Part shown: piece after piece, positions 37,130-50,126 of the stretch
Layout: each line of letters starts with the position of its first letter
How positions within the stretch are numbered: position 1 is the stretch's first letter
Assembly: GCA_036376035.1 (NCBI GenBank)
Contig: DASVBC010000005.1
Coordinates: forward strand, 26,930 to 90,929
Reading direction: 5' to 3'
Length of the DNA: 64,000 bases
Source: Caulobacteraceae bacterium
Lineage (GTDB): Bacteria; Pseudomonadota; Alphaproteobacteria; Caulobacterales; Caulobacteraceae
Notes under the pieces: model-generated
Told to the model about the DNA's origin: nothing
What the model saw: the letters and a program-made list of their open reading frames with translations, nothing else
Databases searched by the model: none
Made by a program: the position numbers and the translations under genes

Positions 37130-37654
37130 ATGGTTCGTTTTCTCGCCAGCCTGGCGTTGGCCGCCACGGCGATCGTGCTTTCGGCCTGCTACACCTCCAG
37201 CTACATGCTGCTCGACACCAGCGCCGGCGTGACGCCGCTCAGCGACGGGGCCTACGCCAGCAGCATCGACCGCAAGTACCTGTCGGCGCGGTCCGACGGC
37301 TCCTACGACATGTACTATGTCGACAAGAACGGCTCGACGACCTCCTCCAGCCGGATGTGGCTGAACCGCGCGGCCGATCTCGAGAGCAGCTCCAACTACG
37401 TCTATTTCTATGCCAAGGAGGACAGCGGCGGCTGGCTCTATGGCCTGCTCGTCAACGAAGGCGGCGCCATCTACGAGGTGCATCCCGACTGCAGCGACGG
37501 CAACGTGGCCTCGATCGCGGCCAGCGAAGGCGCCTCGCTCAGCGGCGACGACTTTACCGATTGCCGCTTCAGCGACGGCGAGTCGCTACGGCGGGCGCTA
37601 CGCCGCTACTACCGCACGGCGGCCTATTTGACGGACCCCTACTACCGGCAATAG
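37130..37654 (+). CDS. Hypothetical lipoprotein, Tyr/Ser-rich
   Basis: ATG at 37130 with SD GAAGGGG. MVRFLASLALAATAIVLSAC lipobox. GC3-rich codon usage. Confidence 0.65.
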   Translation: MVRFLASLALAATAIVLSACYTSSYMLLDTSAGVTPLSDGAYASSIDRKYLSARSDGSYDMYYVDKNGSTTSSSRMWLNRAADLESSSNYVYFYAKEDSGGWLYGLLVNEGGAIYEVHPDCSDGNVASIAASEGASLSGDDFTDCRFSDGESLRRALRRYYRTAAYLTDPYYRQ

Positions 37655-37678
37655 GCGATCCTCGGTTATGGACCGGGG

Positions 37679-38383
37679 ATGATCCGTCTCTTCGTGCCCA
37701 GCGAACTGAAGGCCGGCGGCGGGGTTGTCCCGCTGCCCGAGCAGGCGCGGTATCTGACGCAGGTGATGCGGCGGGCGGTGGGCGACGACCTGCTGGTCTT
37801 CAACGGCGCCGACGGCGAGTGGCGGGCCGCCATCGCCGAGGTTTCCAAACGCGGCTGCCGTCTCGAACTGATCGAGCAGACCCGCCCGCAGACCACCGGC
37901 CCCGACCTCGACCTGATCGTGGCGGTGGTGAAGCGCGCGCGGCTCGAAACGATTGTGGAAAAGGCCGCCGAACTCGGCGCCCGGCGCGTGCGGCTGGTGG
38001 TGACCCGCCACACCAACGCCGACCACGCCCGCCTGCCCAGGCTGCGCGCCATCGCCGCCGAGGCCGCCGAGCAGACCGGCCGCCTCGACGTGCCGGAGAT
38101 CGTGGAGGCGCAAAAGCTCGACAAGCTGCTGGACGGCTGGGACGCCTCGCGCCGGCTGATGTTCTGTGACGAGGCGGGCGATGGCCGAACCCTCCAGGGC
38201 GAAGGCCCCTGGGCCATCCTCATCGGCCCGGAAGGCGGCTTTTCGCCGGAGGAGCGTGAGCGGCTGCGCTCGCTCCCCTTCGTCACGCCGGTGTCGCTTG
38301 GCCCCCGCATCCTGCGCGCCGACACGGCGGCCATTTCGGCGATGACGCTGTGGCAGGCGCGGCTGGGCGACTGGCGCTCTTGA
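37679..38383 (+). CDS. rsmE: 16S rRNA m3U1498 methyltransferase
   Basis: EKAAELG, AAEQTGR, IGPEGGFS, LGPRILRADTAA. Confidence 0.95.
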   Translation: MIRLFVPSELKAGGGVVPLPEQARYLTQVMRRAVGDDLLVFNGADGEWRAAIAEVSKRGCRLELIEQTRPQTTGPDLDLIVAVVKRARLETIVEKAAELGARRVRLVVTRHTNADHARLPRLRAIAAEAAEQTGRLDVPEIVEAQKLDKLLDGWDASRRLMFCDEAGDGRTLQGEGPWAILIGPEGGFSPEERERLRSLPFVTPVSLGPRILRADTAAISAMTLWQARLGDWRS

Positions 38384-38450
38384 GGTTCGCCGCGGCGGCC
38401 CTTACTTGGCGACAGAGTAGACAATTGAAACGCGGCCTGGGGAGGCGACA

Positions 38451-39821
38451 ATGGCGGACACAAAGGTCGATGACCGCCCGCTGACCCTTGAGGACATGAC
38501 CGCCTGGCTCGCGGAGGGCTGCAAGCCCAAGGGCGCCTGGCGCGTCGGCGCCGAGCACGAGAAGTTCGGCTTTCGCCTCGGCTCCAACCAGCCCGTCCCC
38601 TATGAGCCCAACGGCATCAAGGCGATGCTCGAAGGCCTCATGCGTTTCGGCTGGCAGGGCGTGTTCGAGGACGGCGCGGGCGGCCCGGTCCTGATCGCGC
38701 TGGAAAAGCCCGGCGGCGCCAACGTCTCCCTCGAACCCGGCGGCCAGTTCGAGCTCTCGGGCGCCCCGCTCGAGACCATGCACGAGATCTGCCAGGAGAC
38801 CGGCAAGCACCTCGAAGAGGTCAAATCGGTCGCGGACGAACTGGGTCTGGGGTTCCTCGGCCTCGGCTTCAGCCCCCTGTGGCGGCGGGACGAGGTCCCG
38901 ATCATGCCCAAGGGCCGCTACGACATCATGCGCGCCTACATGCCCAAGGTCGGCAATCTCGGCCTCGACATGATGCTGCGCACCTGCACCGTGCAGGCCA
39001 ACCTCGACTTCGCGGACGAGGCCGACATGGTCGCCAAGTTCCGCGCGAGCCTGGCGCTCCAGCCGCTCGCCACGGCCCTGTTCGCCAATTCGCCGTTCAC
39101 CGAGGGCAAGCCCAACGGCTACCTCTCCTACCGCGCCCACATCTGGACCGACACCGACCCCGACCGCACGGGCCTGCTCGATTTCGTGTTCGAGGACGGC
39201 TTCGGGTTCGAGCGCTACGCCCGCTACGCCATCGACGTGCCGATGTATTTCGCCAAGCGCGGCGGCCGCTACGTCGACCTCTCCGGCCAGTCCTTCCGCG
39301 CCTTCATGGACGGCAAGCTGGACGCGCTGCCCGGCGAGCGCGCGACCATGAAGGACTGGGCCGACCACACCACCACCATCTTCCCGGAGGTGCGGCTCAA
39401 GCAGTACCTGGAGATGCGCGGCGCCGACTCCGGCCCCTGGAGCCGCATCTGCGCCCTGCCGGCGCTGTGGACGGGCGTGCTCTACGACTCAGCCGCGCTC
39501 GCCGCCGCCTGGGACCTCTGCAAGGGCTGGACCCGCGAGGACCGCATCAAGCTGCGCGAGGACGTGACCCGCCTTGGCCTGAAGGCCGAGGTCGCCGGCC
39601 GCTCGGTGCGCGACGTCGCCGTCGACCTCGTCGCCATCGCCAGGGAGGGCCTGAGGAACCGCGCCCGCCTCGACGGCGGCTTCCTGGACGAGACCAACTA
39701 CCTCGGCGAACTGGAAATCATCGCCGACAGCGGCGTCACCCCGGCCGAGCGTCTGCTCGAACGCTACCGCGGCCCCTGGCAGGGCGACGTCTCCAAGGTG
39801 TTCGAGGAAGCGGCCTACTGA
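38451..39821 (+). CDS. gshA: Glutamate-cysteine ligase (alphaproteobacterial/plant type)
   Basis: GAEHEKFGF, SLEPGGQFELSG, MPKGRY, MMLRTCTVQANLD, FPEVRLK, LEMRGADSGP. Confidence 0.95.
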   Translation: MADTKVDDRPLTLEDMTAWLAEGCKPKGAWRVGAEHEKFGFRLGSNQPVPYEPNGIKAMLEGLMRFGWQGVFEDGAGGPVLIALEKPGGANVSLEPGGQFELSGAPLETMHEICQETGKHLEEVKSVADELGLGFLGLGFSPLWRRDEVPIMPKGRYDIMRAYMPKVGNLGLDMMLRTCTVQANLDFADEADMVAKFRASLALQPLATALFANSPFTEGKPNGYLSYRAHIWTDTDPDRTGLLDFVFEDGFGFERYARYAIDVPMYFAKRGGRYVDLSGQSFRAFMDGKLDALPGERATMKDWADHTTTIFPEVRLKQYLEMRGADSGPWSRICALPALWTGVLYDSAALAAAWDLCKGWTREDRIKLREDVTRLGLKAEVAGRSVRDVAVDLVAIAREGLRNRARLDGGFLDETNYLGELEIIADSGVTPAERLLERYRGPWQGDVSKVFEEAAY

Positions 39822-39896
39822 GGGACCAGGGACTAGGGGCTAGGGGCTAGAAATGCTCCTGAGGCCTCTAGCCCCTAGTCCCTATCCCCTAATCCC
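39822..39896. repeat. Inverted heptamer tandem repeat (4 x GGG(A/G)C(T/C)A facing 4 x TA(G/T/A)(C/T)CCC)
   Basis: GGGACCA GGGACTA GGGGCTA GGGGCTA - spacer - TAGCCCC TAGTCCC TATCCCC TAATCCC, between convergent genes. Confidence 0.85.
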
Positions 39897-40352
39897 TTGC
39901 TCAGGCGGAATCTCCCGCCGGTCCGCGGGGTCGAGGTCCTCGGCATAGGGCGGATCGTGGGCCGGGACGTGGCGCACCACCCGCTCTTCGGGGGCGCTCT
40001 CCACCTGGAAGTCGACGTGGCGCGGGTCGAAGGCGATGCGGCCTGCGATGGCCTCGGCTTCCTCGCTGGCGTGCTCGTAGGTCCAGGCGATGTCCTCGAT
40101 CACATGGCCGTCGCGCATGATGGTGTAGTAGCTCGCCACGCCCTTCCACGGGCAGCGGGTGGTGTGGTCGTTGCGGCGCAGGGACGAGACCTGCACGTCC
40201 TCGCACGGGAAGTAGAAGACCGGCTCGGCGCCGTTCTCGCTGACGCACAGCACATCGTCGCTGTCGGCCAGCTCGTGGCCCTGGAAGAGCACCCGCACCC
40301 GCTCGGGGTGGCCGGTGATGTGGAATCGGGACGGCTGTCCTTGGCTGTTCAT
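39882..40352 (-). CDS. DUF427 domain protein
   Basis: ATG at 40352 with SD AGGAG. PVFYFP, TRCPWKGVASYY, AWTYE, IAGRIAF. Confidence 0.88.
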   Translation of the reverse strand: MNSQGQPSRFHITGHPERVRVLFQGHELADSDDVLCVSENGAEPVFYFPCEDVQVSSLRRNDHTTRCPWKGVASYYTIMRDGHVIEDIAWTYEHASEEAEAIAGRIAFDPRHVDFQVESAPEERVVRHVPAHDPPYAEDLDPADRREIPPEQGIRG

Positions 40353-40530
40353 GGCGCTTCTCCTGTTGGCAGCAGAACGCATGAGGCCGCCGGGCGGCTC
40401 CGCTGGCGACTTCGAGGCAAGCCGTTGCTTGTGAAACCGCCCGGACCGTGATGTTCTCCCCCTCAAACGAGAGGAAGCCGGGGGAAATCGACCGCTTCTT
40501 CGTGGGGAATGGCAGCGTTTAAGGGCCTTC

Positions 40531-42459
40531 ATGAACAGCATCGTCGTCATCGCCGGCATCGTCATCACTCTGCTGACGGGCATACCGGTTCTCATCCAGC
40601 TGCTGCGCGACCACCCGCGCGGCCTTTTCATCCTCTTTTTCGCCGAGATGTGGGAGCGCTTCTCCTACTACGGCATGAGGGGGCTGCTGATCTTTTATCT
40701 GACGCAGCACTTCCTCTTCGACGACGCCTTCTCCAACACCCAGTACGGCTCCTACACGACGCTGGTGTACCTGCTGCCGCTGATCGGCGGACTGCTGGCC
40801 GACCGCTACATCGGCATGCGCAAGGCGGTGGCGTTCGGTGCCCTGCTGCTGGTGGCCGGCCACTTCACCATGGCCATCGAAGGCCGCCCGGCGACCCAGG
40901 TCCTGACCTTCAACAACGCCCAGTACGAAGTGGTCATGCAGGGCCGCGGCGACACCCAGAAGGCGACGCTCGCCATCGGCGGCCAGAACTACGAGTTCTC
41001 CTCGGCCGACACCGGCGGGCTGCAGATCAAGGATCTTCCCGCCGCCGCGCCGCTGCCGTCCGTGCTGCCCAAGGGCTCCTACCAGCTCGCCGAGCAGCGT
41101 GACGCCAAGTACGTCGGCATCTTCTACCTGGCCCTGTCGCTGATCATCATGGGCGTCGGCTTCCTCAAGCCGAACATCTCCTCGATCGTCGGACAGCTCT
41201 ACAACAAGGGCGATCCGCGCCGGGATCCAGGCTTCACCCTCTACTACTACGGCGTGAACCTGGGGGCCTTCTGGGCCGCCGTGCTGTGCGGCTATCTCGG
41301 CCAGGCGGTCGGCTGGTGGGCCGGCTTTGGCCTTGCCGGCGTCGGCATGCTGGTGGGCTACCTCGCCTTCGTGATCGGCAAGCCGTTGCTGCAGGGCAAG
41401 GGCGAGCCGCCGGATCCCGCGCGCCTCGCCGCCCCGGTCGTCGGCCCGCTGAACCGCGAACACCTGATCTACCTTGGCGGTTTGCTGGGCGTGGCGCTCG
41501 TCTACTTCGTGGTCCAGCGCAACGGCATCGTCGGTGTCAGCCTCGGCATCGGTTCGGTCATCGTGCTCGCCTATGTCGCCTGGTACATGGTCACCAAGTC
41601 GAGCAAGATCGAGCGCGAGCGCCTGGGCCTCGCCATGGTTCTGATCGTCGGCGCGGTGGTGTTCTTCACCCTCTTCGAACAGGCCGGCACCTCGCTGAAC
41701 CTGTTTGCCGACCGAAACACCAACCTGGCGCTGATCGACAAGCCCTACATCGTCGACTTCCTCGGGCGACCGCTGTTCTTCGGCACGCGTGAGATGGCGC
41801 TGACCGGGCCCAGCAACATGCTGTGGATCGACATGGGCTTCACCGCCGCCCAGACGCAGTCGTTCAACGCCGGCTTCATCCTGATCTTCGCGCCGATCTT
41901 CGCGGCGGTCTGGGCCTGGCTTGGCCGCCGGGGACGCGATCCGAACCCGGTGCTGAAGTTCGGTCTTGGCCTGTTGCAGGTCGGGCTTGGCTTCCTGGTC
42001 ATCGTCTGGGCCGGCGGCATGCATGACAGCGCCTTCCGCCTGCCGCTGCTGGTGCTGGCCTTCACCTACCTGCTGCACACGACCGGCGAGCTCTGCCTCT
42101 CGCCCGTTGGCCTGTCGGAGATCACCAAGCTCTCGCCGCCGATGATCGTCTCCTTCCTGATGGCGGTGTGGTTCCTGTCCAGCTCATGGGCGCAGTATAT
42201 CGGCGGCTGGATCGCCGCGCTGGCCGGAACCGAGACCGTCGGCGGCCAGGTGCTCGATCCGGCCGCGGCGCTCGCCTCCTCGATCGAGGTGTTCAAGATC
42301 ATCGGCTGGGTCGGGGTGGCCTCCGGCGTCCTGTTCTTCATCCTCTCGCCCTTCATCAAGCACTGGGCGCACGGGGTGAACGAGGAGGGCGGTCCCGAGT
42401 CCGAACTGGCCCTGGACGCCGACCGCCAGGCCGGCCCCCTGACCGAACGCCCGGTCTAG
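40531..42459 (+). CDS. POT/PTR family proton-dependent oligopeptide transporter
   Basis: EMWERFSYYGMR (ExxERFxYY), GGLLADRYIG, GFLKPNIS, FFTLFEQ, GELCLSPVGLS. Confidence 0.94.
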   Translation: MNSIVVIAGIVITLLTGIPVLIQLLRDHPRGLFILFFAEMWERFSYYGMRGLLIFYLTQHFLFDDAFSNTQYGSYTTLVYLLPLIGGLLADRYIGMRKAVAFGALLLVAGHFTMAIEGRPATQVLTFNNAQYEVVMQGRGDTQKATLAIGGQNYEFSSADTGGLQIKDLPAAAPLPSVLPKGSYQLAEQRDAKYVGIFYLALSLIIMGVGFLKPNISSIVGQLYNKGDPRRDPGFTLYYYGVNLGAFWAAVLCGYLGQAVGWWAGFGLAGVGMLVGYLAFVIGKPLLQGKGEPPDPARLAAPVVGPLNREHLIYLGGLLGVALVYFVVQRNGIVGVSLGIGSVIVLAYVAWYMVTKSSKIERERLGLAMVLIVGAVVFFTLFEQAGTSLNLFADRNTNLALIDKPYIVDFLGRPLFFGTREMALTGPSNMLWIDMGFTAAQTQSFNAGFILIFAPIFAAVWAWLGRRGRDPNPVLKFGLGLLQVGLGFLVIVWAGGMHDSAFRLPLLVLAFTYLLHTTGELCLSPVGLSEITKLSPPMIVSFLMAVWFLSSSWAQYIGGWIAALAGTETVGGQVLDPAAALASSIEVFKIIGWVGVASGVLFFILSPFIKHWAHGVNEEGGPESELALDADRQAGPLTERPV

Positions 42460-42481
42460 CCGCCGCCAACCGCACAAAGTC

Positions 42482-42511
42482 GAAGGGCCCCGGAGCGATC
42501 CGGGGCCCTTC
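42482..42511. terminator. Probable bidirectional intrinsic terminator
   Basis: 13-bp stem GAAGGGCCCCGGA with GCGA loop, between convergent POT and TBDR genes. Confidence 0.75.
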
Positions 42512-42537
42512 TTCCGTTCAGACCCGGCGACTTGCCA

Positions 42538-44586
42538 TCAACCCAAGGTCTTGCGGATCCGCACATAGAGGTTGGTCTTGTTGTCCCGCACCTGCTCCTC
42601 GTGGAACAGCAGCGGGCTGACATCGCGCGGCCCGTCATAGACGTCGCGGTAACGCAGGTTGTCGCGCGAGGTGGCGTTCTGAGCGTCGAACCGAATGGCG
42701 ATGTCGGGGCGCGGCTTGAACTCGATGTAGGGCACCACGAAGGTGCGCAGCTTCACCGTCATCACCTCGTTGAACCGGTAGTAGGGCTCGCGGAAGGCGC
42801 CGTACACGTCGACGCCCCAGGTCGCCTTCCAGCGCGGCAGGCCCTGGGTGTAGTGGGCTTCCCAATCGACCGGGTGTTCGGCCGTGATCTGGCGCTCTTC
42901 GCCGGTGGTGGGGTCGATCACCTCCGAGCGCCGCCAGGTGCTCTCGCCGCGCAGGACCCCGCCCTTGAGGCCGAGCTTGTCCACCGGCAGCGTCAGCTCC
43001 AGCCCAAGCTCGTCGCGCGTGCCGTCGCCGATATTGGCCGGGCCGTCGCGCGTGCCGGTGATGTCCGGGGCGCGGTCGATGACGTCGGTGATCTCGAAGT
43101 GGCGCACCGTCAGCACGACCGACCCGTTGCCCCAGAACCGGCGCTCATAGGCCGCTTCGGCGACCCAGGCTTGCTCCGGCTCGATGTCGGTGTTGCCCGA
43201 AGACACCCCGCCGCCCTCGGCCACGGCCGCGACGAAGTCGTCGAAGTTCAGCTGCCCGACTTCCCGCTCCACGCGCAGGCGGATCTGGTTGGCCGTGTTG
43301 GGCGACCAGGTGACGACCGCGCGGGGCTTGGGGAAATAGAGCGTCTTCTCCTTGGTGACGCCGTCTTCGTCGGCCGAGATGCGCGAGGCCTCCATGCGAA
43401 AACCCCCCTCCACCGTCAGGCGCGGCGTGGCGGTCCAGGTGCCCTGGGTGAAGACCTCGCCGCGCAGCTCTTCCACCCGCACGGGCGAGGGGTCGGGCGT
43501 GTCGCCGATCTCGGTGAAGCTGGTCTCGCCGTCGAGCCCGTTGAACGCGCCCTCGACGCCGCTCTCCAGGGAAAGGTTCGCCGACTTCTTGAACTTCAGC
43601 GTGGCCTTGGCGACGCTTTCGCCCGTGGTCCGATCGAGCAGGAACAGGTGGTTCAGCGCATCCTGGTAGTTGGGGATCTCCTGCGCCTGCAGCTTCACGA
43701 ACAGGTCGGTGGTGTTGATCTGCTGGATGGCGATCAGGTCGAAGGTCGTGCGCGGGCCAAGCTCGCGGCCCCAGGACAGGCCAAGCTCTCCGTCCAGGCG
43801 CTTTTGGTCGTCGCGCTCGGTCAGGCCGTCGGTGATGCCGATCCCGTGGGCGGCCTCGTCGGACCAGAAGCGCTCATAGAAGGCCCGGCCGTTGATCCGC
43901 GCCTTGCCGCCCAGCAGCGGCATCTCATAGGCGGCCGTTCCCACCGCCTGCGTCCCGTCGCCCTCGGTGTAGAGCCTCCAGCGGCCGAGCGGGTCGCCGT
44001 CGCCGTCATAGACCGTGCGGGGGCCATCGCCCGCGCCGTCATCGTAGAAGCCGGCGATAATGAACGAGCCTTCCAGCGTGCGGCCTTTGCCGCGCCGCGT
44101 GCCCTCCAGCCGCATGGCCGGGGTCTGGCGGCCGTCATAGACGAAGGTGTTGGCCACGGCGACGAGGCCCGTGACGCTGTCGCCCTTCTTGCGGACCACG
44201 TTGGCCAGCACCGTCTTGCCCTGCATGTCGATGCCCGGCGCGCCGCCGCGGATCACCTCGATGCGCTCAATCTGGCTGGCGGGGACGCGGCGCAGCACGC
44301 TTTCGAGGTCGTCGCTCTTGGTCGCCGGCCGCTCGCCGTCGATCAGCACGTTGCCCGCCGCGCCCGAGAAGCCGCGCACGCTGTCGCCCCCGTCGAAGGT
44401 GAAGCCGGGCAGGCGGTTGATCATGTCCATCGCCGTGTTCGGCTGGGCCGAGGCGAAGAAGGCCGGCGGATAGGCGACCACCGCGCTCGTGGCGATCGAG
44501 GCGGGCTCGGGCCCGCTCTCCTGCGCCGCCGCCACATGGGGCAGGGCGGCCGCGACCAAGGCCGCGAAAGCAATCTGGAAACGCAC
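42538..44586 (-). CDS. TonB-dependent receptor
   Basis: Signal peptide, plug motifs RLPGF, GNVLIDGER, IERIEVIRG, amphipathic beta strands, C-terminal YVRIRKTLG. Confidence 0.88.
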   Translation of the reverse strand: MRFQIAFAALVAAALPHVAAAQESGPEPASIATSAVVAYPPAFFASAQPNTAMDMINRLPGFTFDGGDSVRGFSGAAGNVLIDGERPATKSDDLESVLRRVPASQIERIEVIRGGAPGIDMQGKTVLANVVRKKGDSVTGLVAVANTFVYDGRQTPAMRLEGTRRGKGRTLEGSFIIAGFYDDGAGDGPRTVYDGDGDPLGRWRLYTEGDGTQAVGTAAYEMPLLGGKARINGRAFYERFWSDEAAHGIGITDGLTERDDQKRLDGELGLSWGRELGPRTTFDLIAIQQINTTDLFVKLQAQEIPNYQDALNHLFLLDRTTGESVAKATLKFKKSANLSLESGVEGAFNGLDGETSFTEIGDTPDPSPVRVEELRGEVFTQGTWTATPRLTVEGGFRMEASRISADEDGVTKEKTLYFPKPRAVVTWSPNTANQIRLRVEREVGQLNFDDFVAAVAEGGGVSSGNTDIEPEQAWVAEAAYERRFWGNGSVVLTVRHFEITDVIDRAPDITGTRDGPANIGDGTRDELGLELTLPVDKLGLKGGVLRGESTWRRSEVIDPTTGEERQITAEHPVDWEAHYTQGLPRWKATWGVDVYGAFREPYYRFNEVMTVKLRTFVVPYIEFKPRPDIAIRFDAQNATSRDNLRYRDVYDGPRDVSPLLFHEEQVRDNKTNLYVRIRKTLG

Positions 44587-44689
44587 GGACTTCCTCCCTC
44601 CAAAACTGGACGGAAGGTGGCCGCACCGTGCGGCCCAGAACAGTTACAAGCCTGACATGTAGATTAATTCGACGACAGGTTCGGCGGAC

Positions 44690-46120
<1,431 letters not shown>

Positions 46121-46290
46121 GACGACAACATAGGCAGCCCGCCCATCCGGCGAAACGGCCAATGCGGGTTCCCTCACCCTTGGCAAGGCACGAGCGAGCG
46201 CGTATGCACGCGGCCATTAGTCGGAAGGGTGGGCGCCGCGAGGAGCCTCGCGTGCGAGGCGGTCACAGCGTAGCGCCGACTTTAATGGAC

Positions 46291-47238
46291 ATGAGGCGCA
46301 TGAAGGCTAAGTCGGGTTTGAAGCGCATGGCGGCGGGTATCTCCGCCGGCGCGTTTGCGGCGATGTTTGCGGGTGTGGCCGCCGCCGAGGAGTTGCTCGG
46401 CCAGCCGACGCCGGGCGCGATCGATCTTCAGCCGGCGGCCTCGCCCCTGAAGCACGACGCCATCTTCTTCCACAACGCGATCCTGATGCCGATCATCACG
46501 ATCATCAGCCTGTTCGTGCTGGGCCTGCTGATCTGGGTGATCGTCCGCTACAACAAGCGGGCCAACCCGGAGCCGGCGCGCTGGAGCCACAACACCGTGG
46601 TCGAGGTGATCTGGACGGGCGTGCCGGTCCTGATCCTGATGGTCATCGCCATCTTCTCGTTCAAGCTGCTGTACGCCTACCACGACATGCCCAAGCCCTA
46701 CATGACGGTGAAGGCGACCGGGTATCAGTGGTACTGGGGCTATGAATACCCCGACCAGGGGATCGGCGAAGTGACCTCGACCGTCCTGCCGGAGGAAGAG
46801 GCCAAGGCCAAGGGCGTGCCGTTCCGCCTCGCCGCCACCGAGCCGATGATCGTGCCGGTCAACCAGGTCGTACGGGTGCAGGCCACCGGCGCGGACGTCA
46901 TCCACGCCTTCGCCCTGCCGGCTTTCGGCCTGAAGATGGACGCCATCCCCGGCCGCCTGAACGAGCAATGGTTCAAGGCCGAGCGCGTCGGCACCTACTA
47001 CGGCCAGTGCTCCGAGCTGTGCGGCGTCGACCACGCCTTCATGCCGATCGAGATCAAGGTCGTCAGCCAGCCGGAGTTCGACGCCTGGGTGGCCGCCAAG
47101 GCGCCGCCGCCGGCCGCGCCCGCCGCGACGGCCGAGGCTCCGGTCGTGCCGGCTTCGGCCAACCCCGCTCCGACCCAGGTTGCGCCTGTCGATCCGGCCA
47201 CCGCCGGTCCCAAGCCGCAGACCACCGCAACGCTCTGA
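46291..47238 (+). CDS. coxB: Cytochrome c oxidase subunit II
   Basis: GYQWYWGYEY, DVIHAF, CSELCGVDHAFM (CuA). Start uncertain among in-frame ATGs at 46285, 46291 and 46300. Confidence 0.95.
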   Translation: MRRMKAKSGLKRMAAGISAGAFAAMFAGVAAAEELLGQPTPGAIDLQPAASPLKHDAIFFHNAILMPIITIISLFVLGLLIWVIVRYNKRANPEPARWSHNTVVEVIWTGVPVLILMVIAIFSFKLLYAYHDMPKPYMTVKATGYQWYWGYEYPDQGIGEVTSTVLPEEEAKAKGVPFRLAATEPMIVPVNQVVRVQATGADVIHAFALPAFGLKMDAIPGRLNEQWFKAERVGTYYGQCSELCGVDHAFMPIEIKVVSQPEFDAWVAAKAPPPAAPAATAEAPVVPASANPAPTQVAPVDPATAGPKPQTTATL

Positions 47239-47252
47239 TCCTCGGGAACTAA

Positions 47253-48908
<1,656 letters not shown>

Positions 48909-48936
48909 CCCTCCTCTCCCTGAGAGGCTACAATCG

Positions 48937-48970
48937 AGGGGGCGCGGCGGGACTTCCCACCGCGCCCCTT
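48937..48970 (+). terminator. GC-rich hairpin downstream of coxA (terminator or mRNA-stabilising stem)
   Basis: GGGGCGCGG(C)GGG pairing with CCC(A)CCGCGCCCC. Only a short U tract follows. Confidence 0.45.
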
Positions 48971-48993
48971 CTGCCAAGTGAGCGTACGAAACC

Positions 48994-49977
48994 TTGACCA
49001 GGCGATCCGCAGCAGCGACCCCCACGACCGCGCCGGCCCGGCCCGCGCTGTGGTCGGACTATGTCCAGCTGCTCAAGCCCAGGGTGATGAGCCTGGTGGT
49101 CTTCACCGCCTTCACGGGCCTGGTCTGCGCCGGCGTGCCGCTGCACCCGGTGCTGGCCGGCGTGGCCGTGCTCTGCATCGCGGTCGGGGCGGGGGCCTCC
49201 GGCGCGCTCAACATGTGGTTCGACGCCGACATCGACGCCAAGATGCGCCGCACCCGCGCCCGCCCCGTCGCCGCGGGCCGGGTGCAGGGCGCGGACGCCC
49301 TCACGCTTGGCGTGGTGCTGTCGCTGTTCTCGGTGATGTTGATGGGGATGGCGCTGAACTGGCTGGCGGCGGGGCTGCTGGCCTTCACCATCCTCTTCTA
49401 CGCCGTCGTCTATACGATGTGGCTCAAGCGCTCGACGGCGCAGAACATCGTCATCGGCGGCCTCGCCGGCGCCCTGCCGCCGGCCATCGGCTGGGCCGCG
49501 GCGGCTGGATCGGCGCCCGCCAACGCCTGGCTGCTGGTGCTGATCATCTTCCTGTGGACCCCGCCGCACTTCTGGGCCCTGTCGCTCTACACCAGCGAGG
49601 ACTACGCCAAGGCCGGCGTGCCGATGATGCCGGTGGTCAAGGGGGCGCCCTCCACCCGCCGACAGATCTTCATCTACTCGCTGATCCTGATCCCCGTCTG
49701 CATCGCGCCGGCCTTCACCGGCCTTGGCGGGCCGATCTACCTGACCGTCGCCGGGCTGGGCGGGCTGGTCTTCATCCTCCTCGCTTGGCGGCTGCTGAAG
49801 AGCCATGCGGGCGAGGCGAGGGGCGAGCGCAACGACGACGGCCTTTACGACGTCAAGGCCGGCGCCAGGGACGCGCGCAATCTCTTCGCCTTCTCCATCC
49901 TCTATCTGACCCTGCTGTTCGCCGCCCTCTTGGCCGAACACGCCATGACCATCGCGCCGCTGGAGCTGCTGAGATGA
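48994..49977 (+). CDS. ctaB: Protoheme IX farnesyltransferase (heme o synthase)
   Basis: [57 protein letters not shown]. Confidence 0.96.
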   Translation: MTRRSAAATPTTAPARPALWSDYVQLLKPRVMSLVVFTAFTGLVCAGVPLHPVLAGVAVLCIAVGAGASGALNMWFDADIDAKMRRTRARPVAAGRVQGADALTLGVVLSLFSVMLMGMALNWLAAGLLAFTILFYAVVYTMWLKRSTAQNIVIGGLAGALPPAIGWAAAAGSAPANAWLLVLIIFLWTPPHFWALSLYTSEDYAKAGVPMMPVVKGAPSTRRQIFIYSLILIPVCIAPAFTGLGGPIYLTVAGLGGLVFILLAWRLLKSHAGEARGERNDDGLYDVKAGARDARNLFAFSILYLTLLFAALLAEHAMTIAPLELLR

Positions 49978-50126
49978 GCGATCCCAACCAAGAGTCCGAG
50001 GAGTTCGCCAGGGCCCGCCGAGGCCGCAACATCGCCATCGCCCTTGGCCTGGCGCTGTTCGTCGTGCTGATCTTCGTCGTCACCATCGTGAGGCTAGGCG
50101 CCAATGTCGCGGCCCGCCCGTTCTAA
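49974..50126 (+). CDS. Small single-TM protein of the cox operon (CoxF-like)
   Basis: [46 protein letters not shown] overlap with ctaB. Confidence 0.75.
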   Translation: MSDPNQESEEFARARRGRNIAIALGLALFVVLIFVVTIVRLGANVAARPF

